Shown here piece after piece: positions 10,901-19,314 of a stretch of 64,000 nt of DNA. Position 1 is the stretch's first letter. Each line of letters begins with the position of its first letter. Below the pieces are notes generated by a model. The model was not told where the DNA came from and did not search any database. It saw only the letters and a program-made list of their open reading frames with translations. The position numbers and the translations under genes were made by a program. Source of the stretch: Candidatus Aenigmatarchaeota archaeon. Its GTDB lineage: Archaea > Aenigmatarchaeota > Aenigmatarchaeia > CG10238-14 > SCSR01. The stretch is from positions 30,525-94,524 of the forward strand of contig JAWBTW010000001.1 in NCBI GenBank assembly GCA_039000165.1, written 5' to 3'.

Positions 10901-11032
10901 TACTTTTATTCCTTCTTCTTTTAAGGCTTTTATTGCTTGCGCTCCTGAATAATCAAACTCCCCAGCTTCACCTATTTTTATAGCTCCTGAACCAAGGATT
11001 AAAACTTTATTTATTCCTTTTAGCCTTGGCAT
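7940..11032 (-). CDS. carB: Carbamoyl-phosphate synthase large subunit
   Basis: GEAGEFDYSG, NPNVATIQTD, HTGDS, IEVNPRLSRSSALASKATG; duplicated ATP-grasp. Confidence 0.98.
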   Translation of the reverse strand: MPRLKGINKVLILGSGAIKIGEAGEFDYSGAQAIKALKEEGIKVILVNPNVATIQTDERFVDKVYFLPITPDFVEKVIEEERPDGILLTFGGQTALNCGVELFERGVYEKYNVRVLGTSVEAIENASNREKFRRILTENKIPVPRSGKANSIEEAIEVANKIGYPVMVRVAYTLGGQGTGVAYDENQLKEIVSRGLAHSRIKQVLIEEYLGKWKEVEYEVMRDCEDNCAIVCNMENFDPMGIHTGDSIVVAPSQTLTNREYHLLRSVSFKVVRALKIIGECNIQFALNPKNEEFRVIEVNPRLSRSSALASKATGYPIAYIAAKLALGYTLPELKNKVTGVTTACFEPALDYIVVKIPRWDFQKFRKVSRRIGTQMKSVGEVMAIGRRFEEALQKAVRMLDIGKELTDTQDLEEDLERIKEELENPTDQRLFYIVKAIQKGMEIEEIYQLTGIDKWFLFKIKEIVEAERNFKSLDKESLREMKKLGFSDKKIAQLLGISEKEVREKRKSFGILPVVKQIDTLAAEWPAQTNYLYLTYNGEKDDIEFPNKTKAIVLGSGCYRIGSSVEFDWCCVNMAWALKNKVDEVIMINYNPETVSTDFDVLDKLYFEELTLERVLDIVEKENPLGVVVSVGGQIPNNLALKLASFGVKLLGTSAESIDRAEDRAKFSSLLNELRIPQPEWCKAESIDKVKEFAQDFGYPVLIRPSYVLSGSAMKVAKNEKELEEYLKLASKVSREYPVVVSKFIEGAKEVEVDGVSDGENVFIGAIIEHIEQAGVHSGDATMTIPPISLSEEIKRKIRVYVKNIARKLKIIGPFNVQFLVKDNEAYVIECNLRASRSMPFVSKTIGINLMELAAKAIFGEEILDGEKVPKKYGVKSPQFSFMRLEKADPILSVEMVSTGEVACFGQSFEEAFIKSLMASGINIPKPGDKVLLISNNSLGAEIGRLLENKGFQVFVPSSIYQNFNYLFHAREIKEEVLDLLANKEIKLVINVPSEESDLEYYLRRKAVEFGIPLITNFNLLERLLRALV

Positions 11033-12132
11033 TTTTTCACCTCTTTTAAGAACAAGTCAAAAAGGAATTCTGTGTCTAAAGGACCAGGAGAGGCTTCTGG
11101 ATGGAATTGCACTCCGAAAATACTTTTTTTCTTGTGTTTTATTCCTTCTATTGTTTTATCGTTAGCGTTTATGAACCAAGGCTCAAAATCGGTTTCTTTC
11201 AAAGATTCTTCTTCTACAGCATAGCCATGGTTTTGACTTGTTATGTAGCATTTTTTTGTTTTCAAATCAATTACAGGGTGGTTTTGGCCTCTGTGACCAA
11301 ACTTAAGTTTGTAAGTTTTTGCACCAGAAGCTAAGGCGAGAATTTGGTTTCCAAGGCAAATTCCCATTATCGGTAACTCAGTTTCTAAGAGTTTTTTCAC
11401 TGTTTCTATGGTTTCTTTAACCATTTCTGGATTTCCTGGGCCGTTTGAAATAACTATTCCGTTTGGTTCAAAGTCAAGAATTTTATCACAAGAAAAATTG
11501 TAAGGAACTCTTATCACACTAAAATTTCTTTCAAGCAGACTTCTTAAAATTCCGTATTTTGTCCCACAATCTATCAAAACAACTTTTCTTTTCCCAGAAT
11601 TATATTCTATTGGCTTAGAAATACTAACCTCTTTAACCAAATTTCTTTTGTTTGGGTCCTCTATTTTATTCAGTTTTCCTTTTATTTCTTCTAAATCATA
11701 ATCTCCAACTTTTAGAATTCCAAGCATAACTCCCTTTATTCTTAATTTTTTTGTTAGTTCACGAGTATCTATTCCTTCTATTCCTGGAATTTTTTGCTCA
11801 TAAAGCCATTCTTCTAAACTTTTCTTACAAGTCCAGTGGCTTGGGTTTCTCTGAAGCTCAGAAATAACATAACCTTTAACTTTTATTCCTTCGGACTCGA
11901 AGTGCAAAGGAATCCCTTTTTCTTTTATAGAAAGGGAAGGTACTCCATAGCAACCTATAAGAACATAAGTTTGAACAAGAATTTGACCGAAATAAGAAGG
12001 ATCTGTTAAAGCTTCTGGGTAGCCTACCATTCCAGTATTAAAAACAACCTCACCAGAAACTTCACAAGGATAACCAAAGCCTTTCCCTTCAAGAATTGTT
12101 CCATCTTCAAGGGCTAAAATTGCTTTAACCAA
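11020..12132 (-). CDS. carA: Carbamoyl-phosphate synthase small subunit
   Basis: GEVVFNTGMVGY, SNGPG, GICLG, SQNHGY, QFHPE. Confidence 0.98.
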   Translation of the reverse strand: MVKAILALEDGTILEGKGFGYPCEVSGEVVFNTGMVGYPEALTDPSYFGQILVQTYVLIGCYGVPSLSIKEKGIPLHFESEGIKVKGYVISELQRNPSHWTCKKSLEEWLYEQKIPGIEGIDTRELTKKLRIKGVMLGILKVGDYDLEEIKGKLNKIEDPNKRNLVKEVSISKPIEYNSGKRKVVLIDCGTKYGILRSLLERNFSVIRVPYNFSCDKILDFEPNGIVISNGPGNPEMVKETIETVKKLLETELPIMGICLGNQILALASGAKTYKLKFGHRGQNHPVIDLKTKKCYITSQNHGYAVEEESLKETDFEPWFINANDKTIEGIKHKKKSIFGVQFHPEASPGPLDTEFLFDLFLKEVKKCQG

Positions 12133-12173
12133 TGCCCACTCTTATTTTTGTTTTTTGAAGTATTTAAAATTAA

Positions 12174-12872
12174 TCAAATTATATTGTAAAGTCTTAGAAC
12201 GATTTGTTTCGAATCTGGTTCAAACAAGCCGTATTTTTCAAGGTTTGAGGAATAAGAAATGAAAGAATCTTCATAATCTTCAACTTTTTTTCTAAACTCT
12301 TCTATCTTATTTTCTTTTATCCATTTTCCAATCTTAATTTTTTCTCCTTCAAAGCAGCCTGGACAAAGCTCTATTTCCACATACTTTTTATCAACATGTA
12401 AAAAAGGATATTTCTTACAAACTCCAGGCCTAACAGGATAAATTTCGCATAAGTTTGAATTGCTCAGGAAAATGCATTTACCGTCAGGCTTTTGTTTAAG
12501 AGTTAGAATATCATCAGAAACTTCAAAGTAGTGCTTGAAGGTTTGTTTTCTATCAAGGCCGATAAAAGAACAGATTTTTTCAAATTCTTCTGGAAGAACA
12601 GAAACTTTCCTTTTGATACAGCAATCGCCATCTTTTATACAATTGAAGTAAAAAAATTCTTCTTTGTTCAAAATGAGGATTGGGAGGAAAAATTCTCCTG
12701 TGTATTGCAATTTTATAAGTTTATCTCTTCCGTAAACTTTTGTTACAAGCTTACAAGCTTGTATAGCATACTTGTTTCTTGAAAAGATTGCTGGGTCATT
12801 TCGAAAAAGGCCTAATATAGAAAGAGTTCTTAGGATTTCTTCTGGTTTTATCACGACTTCAAATTTTTCCAT
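12174..12872 (-). CDS. YkgJ / CxxCxxCC cysteine-cluster protein
   Basis: CIKDGDCC, CIFL...CEIYPVRPGVCKKYPF. Confidence 0.8.
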   Translation of the reverse strand: MEKFEVVIKPEEILRTLSILGLFRNDPAIFSRNKYAIQACKLVTKVYGRDKLIKLQYTGEFFLPILILNKEEFFYFNCIKDGDCCIKRKVSVLPEEFEKICSFIGLDRKQTFKHYFEVSDDILTLKQKPDGKCIFLSNSNLCEIYPVRPGVCKKYPFLHVDKKYVEIELCPGCFEGEKIKIGKWIKENKIEEFRKKVEDYEDSFISYSSNLEKYGLFEPDSKQIVLRLYNII

Positions 12873-12930
12873 AATGAAATTTTAGAAAAAAAGCTTTTAA
12901 GATTATAGTAACTCAGATAACTAAGTTCAG

Positions 12931-13075
12931 CGCCGAGGCTGGGATTTGAACCCAGAAGGGGCAAAGCCCCACCAGCTTTCTCAACTCACCTCCGACTCAT
13001 CATTAGTCAGAGTCAAGCCATTTTATCATTGAAAGACTCAAGGCTGGCGCGTTAGCCAGGTTCCGCCACCTCGGC
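12931..13075 (-). tRNA. tRNA-Ser(UGA) with 59-nt intron at canonical 37/38 (12978..13036)
   Basis: acceptor GCCGAGG/CCTCGGC + discriminator G, anticodon stem CCAGC/GCTGG, TGA at 13038-13040, long variable arm GGGGC/GCCCC, T-loop TTCAAAT; central splice helix CUUG/UGAG. Confidence 0.95.
12978..13036 (-). ncRNA. Putative C/D-box sRNA encoded by the tRNA-Ser intron
   Basis: C-like ATGATAA (13023-29), 12-nt guide, D' CTGA (13007-10), C' ATGATGA (12997-13003), 12-nt guide, D-like TTGA (12981-84). Confidence 0.7.
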
Positions 13076-13170
13076 TTCCTCATCTTTATTCAGACCTTGA
13101 GTCTAATTAAAATATGAGTTTTAATTTTAAAATATTAGAACTTAAAAATTAAATTTATCAAATTAATTTT

Positions 13171-13530
13171 ATGAGTGCTGTTTTACAAGCTTTAAGTATA
13201 TTGCTTTTGTTTCTTGGAGAAGCTTTAGCGATTTATTCTGAGATTGCTGGCGCAAACAAAGTTTTAAATGAGAATAAAATATCAAGCGAAACATTCCTTT
13301 GGTTTTTTCTTTTGATAACTATCGCAGGATTACCTTTAATAGCTGGTTATTTTTTGGGAATAATTGCTTTTAAAAACATTTGGATAGTAAGCGTAGTTTC
13401 AATAGTTTCTATTTTGATAGTAGAACCAATTTTAGCCTATTTAATTTTTAAACAATTCCCAACTTATGGAGCGTTAATTGGTTTAATTCTAGGTTCAGTT
13501 GGTTTGATTATAACCTTAGTTGTAAAGTAG
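13171..13530 (+). CDS. Small 4-TM membrane protein (SMR/EamA-like)
   Basis: four hydrophobic helices. Confidence 0.6.
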   Translation: MSAVLQALSILLLFLGEALAIYSEIAGANKVLNENKISSETFLWFFLLITIAGLPLIAGYFLGIIAFKNIWIVSVVSIVSILIVEPILAYLIFKQFPTYGALIGLILGSVGLIITLVVK

Positions 13531-13560
13531 AAAATTTTTGTAAAATTTAAATAAGAAAAA

Positions 13561-13809
13561 TTAATCTCTTTTCTTTAAACTTTTGAGAAATTTGACGTAA
13601 TTCTTTAAAAAAAGAAAATCCCCTAAAATTGTAATTCCTAGCTCTGCCCCAAGAATGTATGGATTTTGTTCGGCAGCCCTAAAATATCCTTTTGTTGCTA
13701 TCTCATAAAACAAAAGGTTTTGAAGAAAAAGAGCGCCACCTGTTATACTATAATAAGCTATGTCTAAAATCTTTTCCTTATAATTCTTCAATCTTACTGC
13801 TTTTTTCAT
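13561..13809 (-). CDS. Hypothetical membrane protein
   Basis: two hydrophobic segments. Confidence 0.55.
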   Translation of the reverse strand: MKKAVRLKNYKEKILDIAYYSITGGALFLQNLLFYEIATKGYFRAAEQNPYILGAELGITILGDFLFLKNYVKFLKSLKKRD

Positions 13810-13890
13810 GGGAAAAAGTTAAAAACAAAAAAATTTAAGCTTTTTTTGCTTCTCGGAAATAAAAAATACCATAAAAGTTAATTTTAATTT

Positions 13891-14538
13891 ATGAATGAAT
13901 TTTTGCTTAACAGGTTTTTAATTCCTTTGGTTTTAACTGCAATTTTCTTTTATTTTCAAGCTTATTGGAAAAATTTGGAAAATTTTCTCAAAAAAAGAAT
14001 TAAAAATAAAAGGAAGCTTGAAACCTTTTTGTTTTTATTAGATTGCTTAAAAGTTAAGAGAGCAAGTTTAAAAAGAATTGTTTTTGTTCCTGTAGTTTAT
14101 TCTATCCTGCTTGAAGTTTTTCTTTCTTTAATTTTTCATAGCCCTTTGCACGGATTTTTTGAGCCAGTTTGGTTTGCAGGTTTGACCTCTGGCTTTCTTT
14201 CTCCAATTGCTGAAGAATTTTTAACAAGAGCTGTATTTCTTGGCTTTTGTGGTTCAGGCTTACTAGCTGTTTTAAAGTTGAGAGGAGTGAAATTTAACAG
14301 AGAAAAAGAGTATGCTTATTATTTTGTATGGCTTCTTATTTCCTCGCTTGTTTTTGTTCTTGCTCATGAAAATTTTACTCTTTTCCAGTTTATTCTTAGG
14401 TTTTCTCTTTCTATGCTTTACGGAATTCTTTACTTAGTTAACAGAAGAAATGTTTTACCCAGCATAGTAGCTCATGCTAGTGCTAACTGGTTTATAATCT
14501 TGAAGGATTATATACTTGGGTTTGAAAGTATTATTTAA
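13891..14538 (+). CDS. CPBP/Abi (CAAX protease-like) intramembrane metalloprotease
   Basis: PIAEEFLTR, FVLAH, AHASAN motifs. Confidence 0.9.
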   Translation: MNEFLLNRFLIPLVLTAIFFYFQAYWKNLENFLKKRIKNKRKLETFLFLLDCLKVKRASLKRIVFVPVVYSILLEVFLSLIFHSPLHGFFEPVWFAGLTSGFLSPIAEEFLTRAVFLGFCGSGLLAVLKLRGVKFNREKEYAYYFVWLLISSLVFVLAHENFTLFQFILRFSLSMLYGILYLVNRRNVLPSIVAHASANWFIILKDYILGFESII

Positions 14539-14548
14539 AGTAAGTTTT

Positions 14549-14833
14549 TCACTCCCTCACTATTCTTCCACTTCTTGGTACAGAAACCTGAAGCTTATCC
14601 CTAAACTCAGTAACAAAAGCTCCTGTTATTGAAACAGTATCACCTATGCTTACAGCTTTTATTTGCTCTCCCCATAAGGTTAAAGTTACTTGCCCAGTTT
14701 CATCTTCAATAGTAGCGTCGGCAACACTTCTTTTTCCATACCTTGTCATTACTTCACGCTTATCAGAAATGTCAATAACTTTTGCTCTTAAGCTTACATT
14801 ACTCATTCCATTTTTTAACTCGTTTATCTTCAT
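14549..14833 (-). CDS. Single OB-fold ssDNA-binding protein (SSB/RPA)
   Basis: MKINELK...DETG.V.LTLWGE OB-fold pattern. Confidence 0.88.
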   Translation of the reverse strand: MKINELKNGMSNVSLRAKVIDISDKREVMTRYGKRSVADATIEDETGQVTLTLWGEQIKAVSIGDTVSITGAFVTEFRDKLQVSVPRSGRIVRE

Positions 14834-14837
14834 TCTT

Positions 14838-15038
14838 TCACAATTTTAAATCGTGTTTAAAGTTATTAAGCTTTGCTTTCTCTAAAGGCCAGGCATCTTC
14901 TAAAAGCAGGTCAGGAACGTTTTCTAGAACAGGAAAAGCAAGCTCGCATTTTTTGCAAACCAAAAACATTTCCCTTTCTTCTATCTTTTCCTTACATTTT
15001 GGACAAGCCAAAATTTCTAAAAGCTCTTTTGGAAGCAT
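14838..15038 (-). CDS. trm112: Trm112-family methyltransferase activator
   Basis: LLEILACPKCK...CKKC...FPV...VPDLL. Confidence 0.9.
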   Translation of the reverse strand: MLPKELLEILACPKCKEKIEEREMFLVCKKCELAFPVLENVPDLLLEDAWPLEKAKLNNFKHDLKL

Positions 15039-15072
15039 AAGGATTATTTGAAAATTTAAAAATAAAACTTTT

Positions 15073-16032
15073 TTATTTGAAACTTGGATAAGTTCCAGGT
15101 TTTATGAAAACCTTATCAGTTTTTATTGCTATCCCTTTTTTCCTTTCAAACATTTCCTCGCTATTCAAAACAGCTTTTCCTAAGGCAACTAACTCTTCTT
15201 TCAAAGAATAAACAGCTACTATTTCATTTTTCTCTATTCCTTCTTGAATTCTTGTTAAGCCTGAGCAGAAAACTGGCGCTCCATGACAAATTGAATCGAC
15301 AGCAGAATCTTTAACAAAAACTCTTTTTAAGTGCAAAACAGCAAACTCAACAGGAATCAAAATTTCTTTTAAAAATTTTTCATTTCCTTCTTTCCAAAAT
15401 TCATAAGCATCCCTAATCTCCACTAAGGAATGAGCCTGCTCTTCAGTAAAATTTCCTGCTTTTGTCCTTCTTAGCTCAGTTAAATGAGCTCCTATTCCTA
15501 AGCTTAAGCCTAAATCGCTAACAAGCTTTCTTATATAAACTCCAGCTTGGCATCCAACTTTAAACAAAACATCCTTTCCTTCAATTTCCAAAATATCAAA
15601 AAAATAAACTTTTTTTTCTCTTGGTTTTCTTGCAACTGCACTTCTTACAGGCGGGACTTGAACTATTTTCCCAACAAACTTTTTTACTCCTTCTCTTAAA
15701 ATTTCTTCATCAACTTGCTTGTGTAAGTGCATCACTCCTACGTATTCTTTATCTAAACCTAAAAGCACACTCATAGCTTTTGTTGCGTTATCTAAGGCTA
15801 CAGGTAAAACTCCGGTCACGCCAGGATTTCCTCAAAGTTCTAAGGTCCCAGCATGACCAGCCTTTTTTGCTTGAAATATTTCCTTTACCCACTGAGTTAC
15901 TTGATGGCTTGTTGGTCCTGCATGCTTATCAACTATTATCACTGAATTTTTTATTTGCTCTTCTATGCTTCTCTCGCTAGGTCTTTTACCATAACTTTCG
16001 TCAGTTTCTTCCTCTGCTTTAATCAGCCAGAT
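15073..16032 (-). CDS. cbf5: H/ACA pseudouridine synthase Cbf5 in two exons (about 16032..15840 and 15827..15073); 5' end uncertain
   Basis: exon 1 reads ...VDKHAGPTSHQV..WVK...KAGHAGTL; exon 2 reads (D)PGVTGVLP...PPVRSAV...GVYIRKL...ELRRT + PUA; removing 12 nt restores GTLDP. Confidence 0.92.
15828..15839 (-). other. Putative 12-nt bulge-helix-loop mRNA intron in cbf5 (AACTTTGAGGAA)
   Basis: lies inside the catalytic Asp codon G|AT, contains in-frame TGA; central helix CCUU/GAGG, exon helix GGGA/UCCU. Confidence 0.85.
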
Positions 16033-16973
16033 TTTTTCACCCCCTTGACTTTAAGGCCATGCGCAAAAAACTCTTTTATCATAAGAAAAACAAAGACTAT
16101 AGCTGCTATAAGAATTACTAGAAAAACTGGAAACAGTTGAGAGGAAATTTTCCAATTTCCTATGGTAATTTCAGGGAATTGGATATTGCCAATAGACCAA
16201 GTTGGAAATTGGATTTCGCCTTGAGGTTTTTGAGTTTGAGTTGTAATTTTTTTAACTTTTATGCTAAAAGGAAAGGTAAAGTTACACTCTCTACTAGTTA
16301 CGTTTAAAACAAAAGAATAATACTTGTCCTCAGTTAAATTTGGTGTTACAAAATCAAACTTTATGTCAACATAACCAAAAGGAGGAAGGGAAACTAATTC
16401 TAAAGGTTTAGGATAAACTTTAAGCTCAGAAAAAATTGAGTAGTTTAAGCCAAATAAACTGTTACCTAAGTTTGTCATTCTTACGGAATAATTTATTGTT
16501 TGAGAAGAGTTAAACTCCTGAGCTTGTAGACTAAAGTTTACATTGCAAGAAAGGTTCTGTGAAGTTTCATTCCTCACATTTGTTATATTTGTTGTGTTTT
16601 TAATAACAATAAAATCTAGGAAAGGTTCAACAGTTACCGAAGTTCCGTTTATATCTTCAGCAGTGATGTTTGCTAACACATAGTAGCCTTCTTTTTCTTT
16701 TATTGAAGAAAACCATAAACCATTTCTGTTTGTCCCTATTTCAAGGCTAAGATTAATGATTTTATAGCCAACTACCTTAAAATCTAGAGTATGAGTTAAA
16801 AGAGTTGCATAAACTTTTGTTACGTTAGTATCAGAAGTAACATTAGCTGAGAGAATTAAAGAAGTGTTTTCATAAACTATTCCTTTAGGAGTGAGTCTGT
16901 AGGAGTTTATAGAAATGGCTTGAGAAACTGGAATTAAAAGGAAAAAAATTAAGAGCAAGAGTGACTTCTTCAT
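16023..16973 (-). CDS. Secreted membrane-anchored Ig-like surface protein
   Basis: N-terminal signal peptide, many N-x-S/T sequons, C-terminal TM helix. Confidence 0.75.
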   Translation of the reverse strand: MKKSLLLLIFFLLIPVSQAISINSYRLTPKGIVYENTSLILSANVTSDTNVTKVYATLLTHTLDFKVVGYKIINLSLEIGTNRNGLWFSSIKEKEGYYVLANITAEDINGTSVTVEPFLDFIVIKNTTNITNVRNETSQNLSCNVNFSLQAQEFNSSQTINYSVRMTNLGNSLFGLNYSIFSELKVYPKPLELVSLPPFGYVDIKFDFVTPNLTEDKYYSFVLNVTSRECNFTFPFSIKVKKITTQTQKPQGEIQFPTWSIGNIQFPEITIGNWKISSQLFPVFLVILIAAIVFVFLMIKEFFAHGLKVKGVKKSG

Positions 16974-16998
16974 AATTACTTTTTTGTTAAACTTGGAA

Positions 16999-17835
16999 TT
17001 ATTTCTTTCCTTTTTTAGGTTTTGTCCAAAATCTTATCGCAACAACAATTATTGCCACGATTGCTAATATAATAGTTGCTAAAAGTTGTGGGCTGCTTGT
17101 TATTAAACCAAATAAACCTGTTGGAATTGGTGCTATTATCTCCTCTTGATAAGGAGTAATTTTGCTGCTTTTTGCTTCTAGTTGATAGGTTTTTCCTTTA
17201 ACCTTGAAGGATACCTTTGCTATTATTTCCCCTTCTTCTAATGAAGGATAAACCGAAAAGTAAGAGACTTTTGTTTCACCTGGTTTGATTTCTTGAGTTA
17301 CTTGTGAGGGAGTATAATTCCATGTTTCTGGAACACTTAAGTTTAGAGACACACTTACAGTTTCTGATTCTTCATTTTTAATTCCAATTCCAAAACTAAA
17401 CTTTTTATCTGCTAATACAGACTCAGGCTCTATTAAATATTCAACACTTACTTTCGGAACCTCTTCCTTTTTAACTTCTAAGTCAACTGTTTTTATGTCA
17501 TAAAATCTTGGAGAAGATAGCTTTACGTATAGCTTGTAATTTCCTTCGAGATAACTTGGAATTGTTAAATTAACCTCAATATCTTTTGTTTCTTTTGGTT
17601 GAAGCTCAAAAGATTTTGGAAAAATTGTAGCACCAGAGATTCCGCTTACTTCTAATGTTAAGTTTGCAAGAGTTGAATTGAGCAAGTTTGTTGCTTGAAC
17701 TTTAAAGCTTACCGTAGAGCCTGCGTTTACGCTTAAATTTTGTGGGACTGAAAGCTTAAAAGGAAGAAAGAAGTATGCTCTAACTAAAGGTAAAGATAGT
17801 AAAATTGCAGCTGCGAGTATTATAAACTTTTTCAT
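16999..17835 (-). CDS. Surface protein with NEW3/CARDB-like beta-sandwich domains
   Basis: signal peptide, VPETWNYTP..EIKPGE motif, C-terminal TM + basic tail. Confidence 0.75.
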   Translation of the reverse strand: MKKFIILAAAILLSLPLVRAYFFLPFKLSVPQNLSVNAGSTVSFKVQATNLLNSTLANLTLEVSGISGATIFPKSFELQPKETKDIEVNLTIPSYLEGNYKLYVKLSSPRFYDIKTVDLEVKKEEVPKVSVEYLIEPESVLADKKFSFGIGIKNEESETVSVSLNLSVPETWNYTPSQVTQEIKPGETKVSYFSVYPSLEEGEIIAKVSFKVKGKTYQLEAKSSKITPYQEEIIAPIPTGLFGLITSSPQLLATIILAIVAIIVVAIRFWTKPKKGKK

Positions 17836-18746
17836 GCTGTTTCACCCTTTTTCATAGTTTCTTCCTTTTTCCTTATTTCCTTAGATTTATACATACCATA
17901 AATGTTCCAGGCTATGATGATTAAAAAGATTATGTTTAAAACTATAAGAACTGGTGAAATTTCCTGAATCGCAGCTAAATAGCTTGTTATTTCTTCCTCA
18001 GGAAATTCTTCTTCAGGTTTAAATGAAATGGGGGTTAAAATTGGCCCAAGTTTTGTAAAATTGGCCAATTCTCCCTTATAAGGATATTCAAGTACTATTG
18101 AAACACTTCCTGTTATGTTTGAGGGGGTAATGTTAAAGGTTAGAGTGGAAGCCTCACCTGGTTTAAGTTTTAAAGATTTAATTCCATCTTCATAAACCCA
18201 TTGTTGAGGGAGTTTTAAGTAAATTTTTATTTCTTCTTCAACACTTCCTTTATTCTCTATGGTAACGTTCAAAGGAAAGCTTTGGTTTTCTATTATAGTT
18301 TGCGGGACTATTATTCTTGAAAGAGAAAATTCTGCCTTTGGCTTTGCTCTAATTTTTAAAGTTGCTACTCCTTCTGTCCTGTAGGCAGTGTAAGTTTCTT
18401 GAGCTATAATAGTTGCTACATAAACCTTTTCTTCTTCTATGTTGTCAGGGATTTTTATTTTAAGCTGGAATTCTCCTGGTTTAGTGAAAGGAATAACTTC
18501 AAAATAATCTGGCTCGATCACGTAAGTAAGAGGCAAGTCTTCAACAAAGACAAAAACTTTTCTCATCCAAGTTCCTTTTGAAGAAATCTTTCCAGAGACT
18601 ACTATTTCTTCTCCTGCAAAACCTTCAATCTCTTTTGGCAATGTTACAATCAATTTTCTTCTTGTTGGAGATATGGAATTTGCTACCTCAACAAAGGTTA
18701 AGCTTACTACCAAACAAGCAATAACAGCTAAGGCTAATTTTTTCAT
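17832..18746 (-). CDS. Surface protein with NEW3/CARDB-like domains
   Basis: signal peptide, VTIENKG...LPQQW...LKPGE, C-terminal TM + basic tail. Confidence 0.75.
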   Translation of the reverse strand: MKKLALAVIACLVVSLTFVEVANSISPTRRKLIVTLPKEIEGFAGEEIVVSGKISSKGTWMRKVFVFVEDLPLTYVIEPDYFEVIPFTKPGEFQLKIKIPDNIEEEKVYVATIIAQETYTAYRTEGVATLKIRAKPKAEFSLSRIIVPQTIIENQSFPLNVTIENKGSVEEEIKIYLKLPQQWVYEDGIKSLKLKPGEASTLTFNITPSNITGSVSIVLEYPYKGELANFTKLGPILTPISFKPEEEFPEEEITSYLAAIQEISPVLIVLNIIFLIIIAWNIYGMYKSKEIRKKEETMKKGETA

Positions 18747-19008
18747 TATTACTTAATAGTATGCAAAGCTTTTTATTTGCATATGAAAAAACCTTTTTAA
18801 CTTTTCTGTTTTTTTGTCAAAAAACTTATAAACTTAATCTTTCTTTCATCACCGACTGATAAAAAATGTTATATTTTTACCTCGCTCCTTTAGCTAAAAT
18901 TTTCTAAAACTTGTTTTTAAGTTTTTAATAATTGGTTTTTTTTAATTAATAATTAATTAATATAAATCAGAAAAGTTAATTTATAATTAAAGGAAATCGG
19001 CATAATAA

Positions 19009-19314
19009 GTGAGAAAAATGCCAAAAAAGGTTTTTGAATATCCAGACGAAGAAAGACTTGAAATACTTATCCTTGCAAACTCACCTTGCACGCCTACAGA
19101 AATACTTGAACTTGAAAACATTCCTATAAGACCTGATACACTAGAAACTATAAAAAAGAGAATGGACTGGCTTTGTAATCAGGGAAAGGTGAAGAAAAAG
19201 AAAATAGCTCAGGGTAACATTTACTGGCATTCTAAAATAGAAGAATTTAAAAAAAGAATTGTACTTAAATTGACTAAGAAAATAATCTCTGTTCCTGGCA
19301 ATCATATCGAGTAG
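19009..19314 (+). CDS. Putative winged-helix protein
   Basis: TPTEIL...ETIKKRMDWLCNQGKVKKKK...IYW wHTH-like pattern. Confidence 0.55.
   Translation: MRKMPKKVFEYPDEERLEILILANSPCTPTEILELENIPIRPDTLETIKKRMDWLCNQGKVKKKKIAQGNIYWHSKIEEFKKRIVLKLTKKIISVPGNHIE

Noticed and set aside
15073..15819. Track ORF taken as a complete or pseudogenised Cbf5
   Set aside because: It is exon 2; the upstream exon is intact and in frame.
18747..19008. AT-rich spacer as a replication origin
   Set aside because: No ORB boxes or adjacent cdc6/orc1; explained by divergent promoters.
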